A stretch of 31,809 bases of DNA from a virus (taxonomy: Duplodnaviria; Caudoviricetes). Shown here piece after piece: positions 1 to 9,126 of this stretch; the stretch's first letter is position 1, and each line of letters opens with the position of its first letter. The position numbers and the translations under genes were made by a program. Location of the stretch: positions 1 through 31,809 of IMG/VR virus record IMGVR_UViG_3300044676_002282, one strand, 5' to 3'. A model generated the notes under the pieces. The model saw only the letters and a list, made by a program, of their open reading frames with translations. It searched no databases and was not told the origin of the DNA.

Positions 1-2
1 AA

Positions 3-1655
3 ACTAATCCTACTGTTGGTGTTGAAGAAATTACTAATGGTACTTTCACTACAGATTCTGATTGGAATAAAACACAAGCAACAATAAGTGGTGGAGAAGC
101 TAGAATAATTACAACAGATGGTAGTTATGCTGCAATAGACCAAAGCAATGTATTTGAAGTAGGTAAAACCTATTTATACTCTATTAATGTTAAATCAATT
201 AGTGGTACTATGCAGCTAAGAGGTGGTAGTGGAACTGATATAGATATAACAACAAGTGGTGTTAAAACAGGTTATATAGTACCAACTTCTACAGGCATAG
301 AAATTAAAAGAAAATCAGGTGCAGGTGCTTTAGATGTAATAATAGATGATGTTTCTGCTAAACAAGTACAAGGCAATAGTGCTTATATGACCAATATGGT
401 AGAGGGTAATATCACTAACCAATATCCACTAACAAAGATTAGAAATTATTACAGAATGGGTGATGGTATATTAGATTCTAAATTCCTTAGTTATCCAGCT
501 ACAGCTGCACCGTTTATATTCCAAGACCAAACAAGTCCTAATATTGCACATATACCTACTACTAATTTAGTATTACAATCAAACCAATTTGATACTACTT
601 GGTCTGCAAGTAACTTAACATTAACAAGTGGGCAAAGTGGAATTAATAATACTAATGATGCTTGGTTATTTAATGCAACAGGTTCTTCTGCAAATGTTAC
701 ACAATCTGTTAGTTCATCAGGAGATAACACCTTTAGTGTATTTGCTAAAGCAGGTACAGAAAATTCTATTTTTATTAGAATTTCAGGAAGTAATAGTCCA
801 AGAGCATTTTTTAATTTAACAAATGGTACTTTAATTGCTGAAACTAATACAACACATACAAGTATTAAAAATGTAGGTAATAATTGGTATAGGGTTAGTA
901 TAACAGGTAATGACACTATAACAGATGCAAGAATTTATGTAGCTAATAGTAGCCAATCTTTTCCTTCTAGTGGAAATATCTATGTGCAAAACTCACAACT
1001 AGAAGCACAATCACAAGCTACTGCATACTTAAAATCAGATGGTATAGCAGCAGTAAGAAAAGCAACAACTACTAACTTAATTACTTATTCTAATTCTAAT
1101 AGTTTAAACTTTACTTTTGACAATGTAAGTATGACTTATAATTCAATAGTTTCTCCTGATGGATTAACAAATGGTATTTTGTTTAAACAAACAGGTAGTG
1201 CTTCTTCAAATAGTGCATATAACTATAGCTTAACTACTGCTGATGGAACATATACTTATTCAATTTTTATAAAAGCAAAAGATTCATCAAGTGTAAGATT
1301 TTATCAAAGTGGTGGTTCAGCAGTTTCACAAGACTTTAACCCACAAACAATGTCAGCAGGTGTGTTAAGTGGTGGTTTAAATTTAAACTTTGAAGATGTA
1401 GGTAATGGTTGGTTTAGAGTAAGTTTTACTAAAACATTATCTTCTGCACCATATCATAGGTTGCAAATATATCCTGACAGAAATAACACACAAAAAGGTG
1501 TTTACATTTTTGGATTACAAGTAGAAGAACAAACACAAGCAGAAACGTATGCTAAGACAACAGGATTGCCTGTAACAATAAATTTATTCAAAGAAAATAA
1601 TTACGGACATACACAAGGAGGTATAATACAAAAGGACGTACCTAGAAATTCATAA
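3..1655 (+). CDS. 5'-truncated virion fibre/spike protein with tandem lectin/CBM-like beta-sandwich modules
   Basis: The frame is open from base 3 (TNPTVGVEEITNGTFTTDSDW...), so ATG 210 is internal. Two clear internal repeats: TNL(V/I)..S / (F/Y)S(V/I)F.KA / GN.W(Y/F)RVS / Q(L/V)E.Q.QA..Y.K. An N-terminal NGxFxxDSDW...GKTY...IDDVSAKQV module precedes them. S/T/N/G-rich. Confidence 0.7.
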   Translation, partial: TNPTVGVEEITNGTFTTDSDWNKTQATISGGEARIITTDGSYAAIDQSNVFEVGKTYLYSINVKSISGTMQLRGGSGTDIDITTSGVKTGYIVPTSTGIEIKRKSGAGALDVIIDDVSAKQVQGNSAYMTNMVEGNITNQYPLTKIRNYYRMGDGILDSKFLSYPATAAPFIFQDQTSPNIAHIPTTNLVLQSNQFDTTWSASNLTLTSGQSGINNTNDAWLFNATGSSANVTQSVSSSGDNTFSVFAKAGTENSIFIRISGSNSPRAFFNLTNGTLIAETNTTHTSIKNVGNNWYRVSITGNDTITDARIYVANSSQSFPSSGNIYVQNSQLEAQSQATAYLKSDGIAAVRKATTTNLITYSNSNSLNFTFDNVSMTYNSIVSPDGLTNGILFKQTGSASSNSAYNYSLTTADGTYTYSIFIKAKDSSSVRFYQSGGSAVSQDFNPQTMSAGVLSGGLNLNFEDVGNGWFRVSFTKTLSSAPYHRLQIYPDRNNTQKGVYIFGLQVEEQTQAETYAKTTGLPVTINLFKENNYGHTQGGIIQKDVPRNS

Positions 1656-1673
1656 AATTAAAAATAAAAACAA

Positions 1674-1922
1674 ATGATATATACAACACCACTTACAAGT
1701 TTATTAGAAGAGGTTGACGAAGAGGGAAACCCAGTAGTTGACTTCTCACAAATAGTAGAAAACTCTGCAGCAACTGTTAGACGCTCTTTAGATGGAACAA
1801 AGTTTATCGCTAAGTTTTACGGAGAAGCTCCATCATTCTTAGAAGGCTTAGATCAGTATACTCACGAGGAGATGTTAACAATAGTAAGAGGATCAGACTG
1901 GACAGACAACTCTGATATTTAG
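1674..1922 (+). CDS. Small acidic phage protein, possibly fibre-associated
   Basis: 82-aa ORF with an A-rich leader, directly downstream of the fibre gene. Function is inferred from position only. Confidence 0.6.
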   Translation: MIYTTPLTSLLEEVDEEGNPVVDFSQIVENSAATVRRSLDGTKFIAKFYGEAPSFLEGLDQYTHEEMLTIVRGSDWTDNSDI

Positions 1923-1930
1923 ACTATCGA

Positions 1931-1947
1931 GTAAACGTGTAATAATA
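1931..1947 (+). promoter_or_regulatory. Putative phage promoter motif GTAAACGTGTAATAATA
   Basis: Intergenic, upstream of the packaging/head cluster. Near-copy at 22332-22349. Confidence 0.45.
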
Positions 1948-1975
1948 CTATTAACAAACAATTAAATTAAATAAA

Positions 1976-2263
1976 ATGACAAAAGAAGACAATATAGTGG
2001 ATTTAACTCCAAAACCAGAAAAAATAACTCCTTCACAGCTTGAAAAAGTACAAAAGGCTGTTAGCGACATTAATAGGGCTCAAATGGAAATAGGTAGGCT
2101 TGAAACACAAAAGCACATGCTAAACCACGAGGTTGTAAAGCTACAAGATGTTTTAAAAGAAATACAAGACGAGCTTGAAAAAGATTACGGAACTGTAAAC
2201 ATTAGTATTGAAGACGGTACTATACAATACCCAGAAGATGAGCAAGCTGATAAGAAAGATTAG
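1976..2263 (+). CDS. Small coiled-coil protein, function unknown
   Basis: 95 aa with a heptad-rich central helix (LEKVQKAVSDINRAQMEIGRLETQKHMLNHEVVKLQDVLKEIQDELEK). Confidence 0.65.
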   Translation: MTKEDNIVDLTPKPEKITPSQLEKVQKAVSDINRAQMEIGRLETQKHMLNHEVVKLQDVLKEIQDELEKDYGTVNISIEDGTIQYPEDEQADKKD

Positions 2264-2459
2264 TATCGGTAAAGATTATAAAAATGACGCTATGCACTAT
2301 GCCGTGGGGCAAGAAGTGTATGGTGGTCATACTATATGTGATATAATAGAAACAGAAGACAAGTACAGCGTGTACATTAAAAAGGGTAATGATGTTTTAC
2401 CTTGGAAAGATTTTAATAAAAATATGGCTGTATCAGTAGAGTATAATTTACAGTATTAA
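2238..2459 (+). CDS. Hypothetical phage protein (73 aa)
   Basis: Probable start is ATG 2238 (MSKLIRKISIGKDYK), not the track's non-ATG start at 2208. The stop overlaps the next start (TAATG). Confidence 0.65.
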   Translation: MSKLIRKISIGKDYKNDAMHYAVGQEVYGGHTICDIIETEDKYSVYIKKGNDVLPWKDFNKNMAVSVEYNLQY

Positions 2460-3046
2460 TGAAAAGTGTTTATGATTTCGTAGTTTCACCTATAAAATCA
2501 AGATACAACAACACAAAAAAAATAGGTGATAAAGAACTAGTAGTTAATACTGAAATATTCAACCACCAATTTATAAGCAGAGAAGCTGTTGTGAAAGCAG
2601 TGCCTATATATGGGAATACAAATATAAAGGTTGGTGATATAGTTATAGTGCACCACAATGTGTTTAGAAGGTGGCACAATGTAAAAGGTATAGAAAAGAA
2701 TAGTAGAAGTTATATTGATGAAGAAACTTATCTAGTACAACCAGAACAAATATTTTTATATAAAGATACCGAATGGCAAGCACAGAAAGGATATTGTTTT
2801 GTGGCGCCAGTAAAATCTACAAGCAAACTAAGTGTAGATAAAGAAAAGCCTTTAGTTGGTATTGTCAAACACACTGACGGTACAGTCAACAAAGGCGATT
2901 TAATAGGTTTTAAGCCAAGCTCAGAATATGAGTTTATTATAGACGGTCAGAAACTATATAGGCTACTATCAAATTTTATTACAATCAAATATGAATATCA
3001 AGGAAACGAAGAAGAATATAATCCAAGCTGGGCACAGGGCGGTTGA
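2459..3046 (+). CDS. Co-chaperonin GroES-like protein, apparently with two tandem domains
   Basis: N-half has AVVKAVP...IKVGDIVIV. C-half has CFVAPV...GIVKH...VNKGDLIGF...EFIIDGQKLYRL. Both match the GroES/Cpn10 pattern (VKVGDxVxF...idgeeylil). Confidence 0.6.
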   Translation: MKSVYDFVVSPIKSRYNNTKKIGDKELVVNTEIFNHQFISREAVVKAVPIYGNTNIKVGDIVIVHHNVFRRWHNVKGIEKNSRSYIDEETYLVQPEQIFLYKDTEWQAQKGYCFVAPVKSTSKLSVDKEKPLVGIVKHTDGTVNKGDLIGFKPSSEYEFIIDGQKLYRLLSNFITIKYEYQGNEEEYNPSWAQGG

Positions 3047-3266
3047 AGAACTGATTAAAGTCGCTAAAGAAGCTATTGTAGATTCTGACGATGACATATC
3101 AGCTGATAGATTGAAGAACGCTGCAGCTACTAAAAAACTAGCTATATTTGACGCATTTGAAATACTTAACAGAATACAAGAAGAAGAAAACTTGCTTGAG
3201 GGAAAAACACCTGAAGAGAAAAAGGAAAAAGTCTTTAAAGGATTCGCAGAGGGTAGATCTAAGTAA
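2991..3266 (+). CDS. Putative terminase small subunit
   Basis: 91-aa helical protein translationally coupled (TAATG) to the large terminase. Assigned by synteny. Confidence 0.5.
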   Translation: MNIKETKKNIIQAGHRAVEELIKVAKEAIVDSDDDISADRLKNAAATKKLAIFDAFEILNRIQEEENLLEGKTPEEKKEKVFKGFAEGRSK

Positions 3267-5476
3267 TGTACAAGCAAAATTTAGTTAACATAGTAGAACC
3301 TGTAAAAAAAACCACTATAAGTAGGCTTAATAAAAAAAGAAAGTGGAAATACGGTTATGACAAAGACCACGACATTATTGTTATATCTAAGACTGGTGAA
3401 ATAGGTGAAATATACGAAATACAAAATCTTCAAATAGCATTACCAAAAGCTAAAAACGTTTACAGTAGTAAAAATAAAAAGTGGGAGCAGTTTGAATATC
3501 CTAAAGAATTAGCAAGGCTTAAAAATATATTTGATTGGAGAGCATATCCTGAAGAAAAAAAGTCTAGTTGGTTTGATTATATAGACGAGGAGTTTAAACG
3601 CAGAGACGAAGGGTTTTGGTTTGATAACGACGGAACACCAACATATATAACAGGTACACATTACATGTATCTACAATGGAGCAAGATTGATGTAGGTGCA
3701 CCTGATTTTAGAGAAGCTAATAGGTTATTTTATATATTTTGGGAAGCTTGCAAAGCAGACAAAAGATGTTATGGTATGTGTTACCTTAAAAACAGACGAT
3801 CTGGTTTTTCTTTTATGTCATCGGCGGAAACAGTTAATCAAGCTACAATATCAAGTGATGCTAGGTTTGGTATATTATCTAAAACAGGTGCCGATGCAAA
3901 GAAAATGTTTACAGACAAGGTGGTTCCAATATCGATCAACTATCCTTTCTTTTTTAAACCGATTCAAGACGGTATGGACAGACCTAAGTCTGAGCTTGCT
4001 TATAGGGTTCCTGCAAGTAAGTTCACGCGTAAAAAAATCACTGCTAATGAAAAGCAGGAAGACTTGGCTGGACTTGATACTACTATTGATTGGAAAAATA
4101 CAGGTGATAACAGTTATGACGGAGAAAAGCTTCAGCTGTTAGTACATGATGAAAGCGGTAAGTGGGAAAGACCCGATAATATATTAAACAACTGGAGAGT
4201 TACAAAAACATGTTTACGATTAGGTAGTAGGATTATAGGTAAATGTATGATGGGCTCAACTTCAAACTCACTAGACAAAGGTGGAGACAACTTTAAAAAA
4301 TTATATGGAGCATCAAACGTTACTAAGCGAAACAGAAATGGACAGACAGCGTCTGGTTTATATTCTCTTTTTATCCCAATGGAGTGGAACTACGAAGGAT
4401 TTATTGACGAGCATGGACGCCCAGTCTTCGATACTCCGGATCATGAAGTCTTCGATCCCCATGGGGAGTTAATAGATGTAGGTGTTGTAGAGAACTGGCA
4501 GAACGAAGCTGATGGTCTTAAAAATGATCAAGATGCTTTAAATGAATTTTACAGACAGTTTCCAAGAACAGAAGAACATGCGTTTAGAGATGAGACTAAA
4601 AACAGTATATTTAACTTAGTTAAACTATACGAACAAATAGATTATAACGAAGAGTTATCATCAACACTACCTTTAACAAGAGGTAATTTCCAATGGGTTA
4701 ATGGTGTTAAAGATTCAACAGTAATATTCTACCCAGATAACAAAGGTAGATTTAAATTAAGCTGGACACCACCATCACAGCTACAAAACAACGTTATAAT
4801 AAAAAACGGTGTTAAACATCCAGGCAATGAACATATGGGTGCTTTTGGTTGTGATAGCTACGATATATCAGGAACGGTAGATGGTAAAGGATCAAAAGGT
4901 GCTTTGCACGGCTTGACAAGGTTTTCAATGGAAGATGCACCTGCTAATCAGTTTTTCTTAGAATATTTAGCTAGACCTCAGACAGCAGAGATATTCTTTG
5001 AAGACGTTCTAATGGCTTTAGTATTTTATGGGATGCCTATACTTGCAGAGAACAATAAACCTCGTCTATTGTATTATTTACGAAGACGTGGTTACAGAGG
5101 TTTTAGTATGAACAGGCCTGATAAAGTTTGGAATAAATTATCTACTGCAGAAAAAGAAGTTGGTGGAATACCTAACTCAAGTGAAGATATAAAACAAGCT
5201 CATGCGGCTGCAATTGAAATGTACATACAAGATCACATAGGTATAAAAAAAGATGGATCGTTTGGTGATTGTTATTTTAATGAACTGCTAAACGACTGGG
5301 CTAAATTTGATATAAATAAAAGAACAAAGTTTGATGCGTCTATAAGTTCTGGACTTGCTATTATGGCTAACAACAGGCATTTATACGCACCAAATGTAAA
5401 AATAGAAAAACAAAAATTAAACATAAGTATTGCTAGGTATACAAACACAGGTAGTACGTCTAAATTAATAAAATAA
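3266..5476 (+). CDS. terL: Terminase large subunit
   Basis: Walker A-like LKNRRSGFS, Walker B LLVHDESGKW, coupling motif GSTSN, RNase H-fold nuclease motif FGCDSYD and a late acidic residue (KFDASIS). Lies immediately before the portal. Confidence 0.92.
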   Translation: MYKQNLVNIVEPVKKTTISRLNKKRKWKYGYDKDHDIIVISKTGEIGEIYEIQNLQIALPKAKNVYSSKNKKWEQFEYPKELARLKNIFDWRAYPEEKKSSWFDYIDEEFKRRDEGFWFDNDGTPTYITGTHYMYLQWSKIDVGAPDFREANRLFYIFWEACKADKRCYGMCYLKNRRSGFSFMSSAETVNQATISSDARFGILSKTGADAKKMFTDKVVPISINYPFFFKPIQDGMDRPKSELAYRVPASKFTRKKITANEKQEDLAGLDTTIDWKNTGDNSYDGEKLQLLVHDESGKWERPDNILNNWRVTKTCLRLGSRIIGKCMMGSTSNSLDKGGDNFKKLYGASNVTKRNRNGQTASGLYSLFIPMEWNYEGFIDEHGRPVFDTPDHEVFDPHGELIDVGVVENWQNEADGLKNDQDALNEFYRQFPRTEEHAFRDETKNSIFNLVKLYEQIDYNEELSSTLPLTRGNFQWVNGVKDSTVIFYPDNKGRFKLSWTPPSQLQNNVIIKNGVKHPGNEHMGAFGCDSYDISGTVDGKGSKGALHGLTRFSMEDAPANQFFLEYLARPQTAEIFFEDVLMALVFYGMPILAENNKPRLLYYLRRRGYRGFSMNRPDKVWNKLSTAEKEVGGIPNSSEDIKQAHAAAIEMYIQDHIGIKKDGSFGDCYFNELLNDWAKFDINKRTKFDASISSGLAIMANNRHLYAPNVKIEKQKLNISIARYTNTGSTSKLIK

Positions 5477-5478
5477 AT

Positions 5479-7902
5479 ATGGCTGAATCAGTTATAAGAA
5501 GTTATTTCCCTAGTCAAGTAGTTAGTGACGATGAAAAAAGAAGTTTTGAGTATGGGCTCAAAGTAGCTAAAGCTATTGAAAACGAATGGTTTTTTAACGA
5601 TAGGGGTGACAATAAGTTTGATACTTTAGTTAATAGTTTTCATAAACTTAGATTATATGCCAAAGGAGAGCAGTCAATACAAAAATATAAAGATGAGTTA
5701 TCTATTAACGGTGATTTATCTTATTTAAATCTAGATTGGAAACCAGTACCTATTATATCTAAGTTTGTAGATATTGTTGTAAATGGTATTGCAGAGAGAA
5801 CGTACGATATAAAAGCTTACTCTCAAGACTCGTATGGAGTGTCTAAAAGAACAGAGTATATGGAAAATATACAAGCTGATATGATTGCGTCACAGTTAAA
5901 TGATTTTGCTGCAGAAGCTTTTGGTGTTGATTTATACAAAAACAAAAAAGAAGATTTACCAGAAACAAAAGAGGAATTAGATCTTCACATGCAACTTAGT
6001 TACAAGCAAAGCGTGGAAATAGCCGAAGAGCAAGCTATAAGCGTTTTAATGGAAGGTAATAGGTACGAACTTACTAAAAAAAGATTTTATCATGATTTAA
6101 CAGTTTGTGGTATTGGTGCTGTAAAAAATAACTTTTCTACGTCAGAGGGTGTTACAGTTGATTATGTAGATCCAGCAAACTTAGTTTATTCGTATACGGA
6201 AGATCCTTACTTTAGCGATATTTATTACGTTGGTGAGGTTAAATCAATACCAATTAATGAGCTTGTAAAGCAGTTTCCAAACATAACCGTAGAAGAGCTC
6301 GAGGAAATTGTTGAAAACCCAGGGTATAACAACGCTAATTACGACACAAGTTTTTCTAATAGAAACGGTATAGACCCTAACAAAGTTCAAGTTTTATATT
6401 TTAATTATAAAACATATATGAACGAGGTTTACAAAGTTAAAACTACTGGTAGTGGAGCTTCTAAAGTAATACCTAAGACAGATAGGTTTAATCCCGTAGT
6501 TGACGATAATAGTAATTTTGAAAAATTATCAAAGTCTATAGAAGTTTTATACGAAGGTGCTATGATATTAGGTACAGAAAAACTTCTAAAATGGAAGTTA
6601 GCTAAAAACATGCTAAGGCCTAAAAGTGATTACACTAAAGTTAAAATGAACTATAGTATTGTAGCTCCCAGAATGTACAAGGGTGTTATATCTTCACTTG
6701 TTAAAAGAATAACTGGTTTTGCTGATATGATACAGCTTACACATTTAAAACTACAGCAAGTGTTATCGCGTATGGTGCCAGATGGTGTTTATTTAGACGC
6801 TGACGGTTTGGCTGAAATAGATTTAGGTAATGGCACAAACTACAACCCACAAGAAGCTTTAAACATGTTTTTTCAAACAGGGTCTGTTATAGGTAGATCA
6901 ATGACCTCTGAAGGTGATATGAACCCAGGTAGAGTTCCTATTCAAGAAATACAATCAAGCAACGGTGGTGCTAAAATGCAAAGCTTAATTGGTACGTATA
7001 ACTATTATTTACAAATGATAAGAGATACAACCGGACTTAATGAAGCTAGAGATGGTAGTATGCCAGATAAAAACGCTTTAGTTGGGGTGCAGAAGTTAGC
7101 GGCAGCTAATTCTAACACTGCTACTAGGCACATACTACAAGCTGGTTTATTTTTGACGCAAAATATGGCTGAATGCTTAACTTTAAGAATATCAGATATA
7201 TTAGAGTATTCCCCAACAGCAGATGCTTTTGTACAGCAAATAGGATCTCACAACGTAGCCACGTTGGAGGAAATGAAACAGCTGCACCTTTACGACTTTG
7301 GTATATTTATAGAATTAATGCCAGATGAAGAAGAAAAAGCAATGCTTGAGAATAATATTCAAGTAGCGTTAGCACAGCAATCAATAGATCTTGAAGATGC
7401 TATTGATATTAGAGAAATAAAAAACATAAAACTTGCTAACCAACTATTAAAGCTAAGAAGAGTTAAAAAGCAACAAAGAGACCAGTTGATGCAACAACAA
7501 AATATACAAGCGCAAGCACAAGCGAATATGCAAACGCAACAAGCATCTGCACAATTAGAAGTTCAAAAAGAACAAGCTAAAACGCAGAGTGAAGCACAGC
7601 TTGAGCAAATGAAAGCACAGCTTGAAGCTCAGAAGCAAGCACAAGAAGTTGAATACAAAAAACAACTTATGCAATTAGAGTTTCAAATGAACATGCAGTT
7701 AAAACAAATGGAAGTAGAAGCTGTAAAGGGCAAAGAAAAACAAAAAGAAGATCGTAAAGACGAGAGAACAAAAATACAAGCTACACAACAAAGTGAACTT
7801 ATAGACCAAAGAAAAAGTGGAAAACCACCTAAAAACTTTGAGTCCGCAGGTAATGATATATTAGGAGGCGGATTTGATTTAGGTGCGTTTGACCCTAGAT
7901 AA
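5479..7902 (+). CDS. Portal protein
   Basis: 807 aa directly after terL, with a long Q/E-rich C-terminal coiled coil typical of podoviral (P22/crAss-like) portal barrels. Confidence 0.85.
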   Translation: MAESVIRSYFPSQVVSDDEKRSFEYGLKVAKAIENEWFFNDRGDNKFDTLVNSFHKLRLYAKGEQSIQKYKDELSINGDLSYLNLDWKPVPIISKFVDIVVNGIAERTYDIKAYSQDSYGVSKRTEYMENIQADMIASQLNDFAAEAFGVDLYKNKKEDLPETKEELDLHMQLSYKQSVEIAEEQAISVLMEGNRYELTKKRFYHDLTVCGIGAVKNNFSTSEGVTVDYVDPANLVYSYTEDPYFSDIYYVGEVKSIPINELVKQFPNITVEELEEIVENPGYNNANYDTSFSNRNGIDPNKVQVLYFNYKTYMNEVYKVKTTGSGASKVIPKTDRFNPVVDDNSNFEKLSKSIEVLYEGAMILGTEKLLKWKLAKNMLRPKSDYTKVKMNYSIVAPRMYKGVISSLVKRITGFADMIQLTHLKLQQVLSRMVPDGVYLDADGLAEIDLGNGTNYNPQEALNMFFQTGSVIGRSMTSEGDMNPGRVPIQEIQSSNGGAKMQSLIGTYNYYLQMIRDTTGLNEARDGSMPDKNALVGVQKLAAANSNTATRHILQAGLFLTQNMAECLTLRISDILEYSPTADAFVQQIGSHNVATLEEMKQLHLYDFGIFIELMPDEEEKAMLENNIQVALAQQSIDLEDAIDIREIKNIKLANQLLKLRRVKKQQRDQLMQQQNIQAQAQANMQTQQASAQLEVQKEQAKTQSEAQLEQMKAQLEAQKQAQEVEYKKQLMQLEFQMNMQLKQMEVEAVKGKEKQKEDRKDERTKIQATQQSELIDQRKSGKPPKNFESAGNDILGGGFDLGAFDPR

Positions 7903-7905
7903 CAA

Positions 7906-7930
7906 TTATTAATTATTATTATATTATATT
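7906..7930 (+). promoter_or_regulatory. Conserved AT-rich leader TTATTAA-N4-TATTATATTATATT abutting the start codon
   Basis: 22/25 identical to 10614-10638, with the same spacing to ATG. Confidence 0.45.
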
Positions 7931-9100
7931 ATGGAAGAAAATGTAGAAAACGTAGTTGAAGAAACTACACAAGCAACTGATCAACCAGTTGAAGAAACTA
8001 AAAAACCAAAAATTAATGAAGACGGTGATTATGTCGTTGATTTAAATAAACCAAAAACAGATGAAAATAAAGAAAATAACCCTGTCGACGAGGGAGTGGT
8101 TAGAGTCGATGAAAATGCCGATGCCACAGAAAAACAAGAAGAAGTACAACCGGAAGTTGAAGCACAAGAAGCTCCAGTATTAGAGGAAATTACTGAAGAA
8201 GAAGTTCAAGAGCAAACAGAGGAATTGACTGAGCAAGTTGAAGAAGCTGTAGCCGAAGCTCAAGAAACTGGAAAAGCTTTACCTGAAAATGTTCAAAAGC
8301 TAATGGACTTTATGGAAGAGACCGGTGGTACATTAGAAGACTACGTTCGCCTTAACCAAGATTTTTCAAGTTACGACGATATGACAGTGCTAAGAGAGTA
8401 CTATAAACAAACTAAATCTCATTTAACATCAGATGAAATAGAATTTTTAATTAATGATTCGTTCTCGTATGACGAGGAAGTAGATGAAGATAGAGATGTT
8501 AAAAAGAAAAAAATAGCGTTAAAAGAGCAAGTTGCCAACGCTAAATCCTACTTAGACGGGCAAAAGTCTAAATACTATGAGGAAATTAAAGCTGGGTCAA
8601 AGTTGACTCAAGAACAACAAAAAGCTGTAAATTTCTTTAATAGATACAACAAAGAGTCAGAAGAAACTGAACGAATAGCAAAAAAACAAACTAACACTTT
8701 TTTAAATAAAACTAATAAAGTTTTTAACGATAAGTTCAAAGGTTTTGAATACAATATCGGTGATAAAAAGTATAGGTTTAATGTGAAAAATGCTAATGAG
8801 GTTAAAAAAACTCAAGGTGACATAAATAATTTTGTCAAGAAGTTCTTGAATGAAAATAATGAAATGTCAGATGCCAAAGGTTATCATAAATCTCTTTATA
8901 CTGCAATGAACGCTGATGCTGTTGCTAGTCACTTTTACGAACAAGGTAAAGCCGATGCTTTAAAAGAAAGTGTTGCTAAATCTAAAAATGTAAGCATGGA
9001 CCCAAGACAATCATTTAGTAATGAAAATACTAGTGGTCCTAAAATTAGAGTGCTTAGCGATGATTCTCCTAACTTTAAGTTTAAAATTAAAAAAAAATAA
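7931..9100 (+). CDS. Putative capsid scaffolding protein
   Basis: Very acidic, low-complexity N-terminus, helical core and basic C-terminal tail (FKFKIKKK). Located between portal and capsid genes. Confidence 0.65.
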   Translation: MEENVENVVEETTQATDQPVEETKKPKINEDGDYVVDLNKPKTDENKENNPVDEGVVRVDENADATEKQEEVQPEVEAQEAPVLEEITEEEVQEQTEELTEQVEEAVAEAQETGKALPENVQKLMDFMEETGGTLEDYVRLNQDFSSYDDMTVLREYYKQTKSHLTSDEIEFLINDSFSYDEEVDEDRDVKKKKIALKEQVANAKSYLDGQKSKYYEEIKAGSKLTQEQQKAVNFFNRYNKESEETERIAKKQTNTFLNKTNKVFNDKFKGFEYNIGDKKYRFNVKNANEVKKTQGDINNFVKKFLNENNEMSDAKGYHKSLYTAMNADAVASHFYEQGKADALKESVAKSKNVSMDPRQSFSNENTSGPKIRVLSDDSPNFKFKIKKK

Positions 9101-9126
9101 CTAATAAATTTAAAAAATAAAAAATT

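Noticed and set aside
4423-4456. 10-nt direct repeat AGTCTTCGAT in a locally GC-richer part of terL
   Set aside because: It encodes a short VFD peptide duplication with the frame intact. No evidence of an intron, intein or mobile element.
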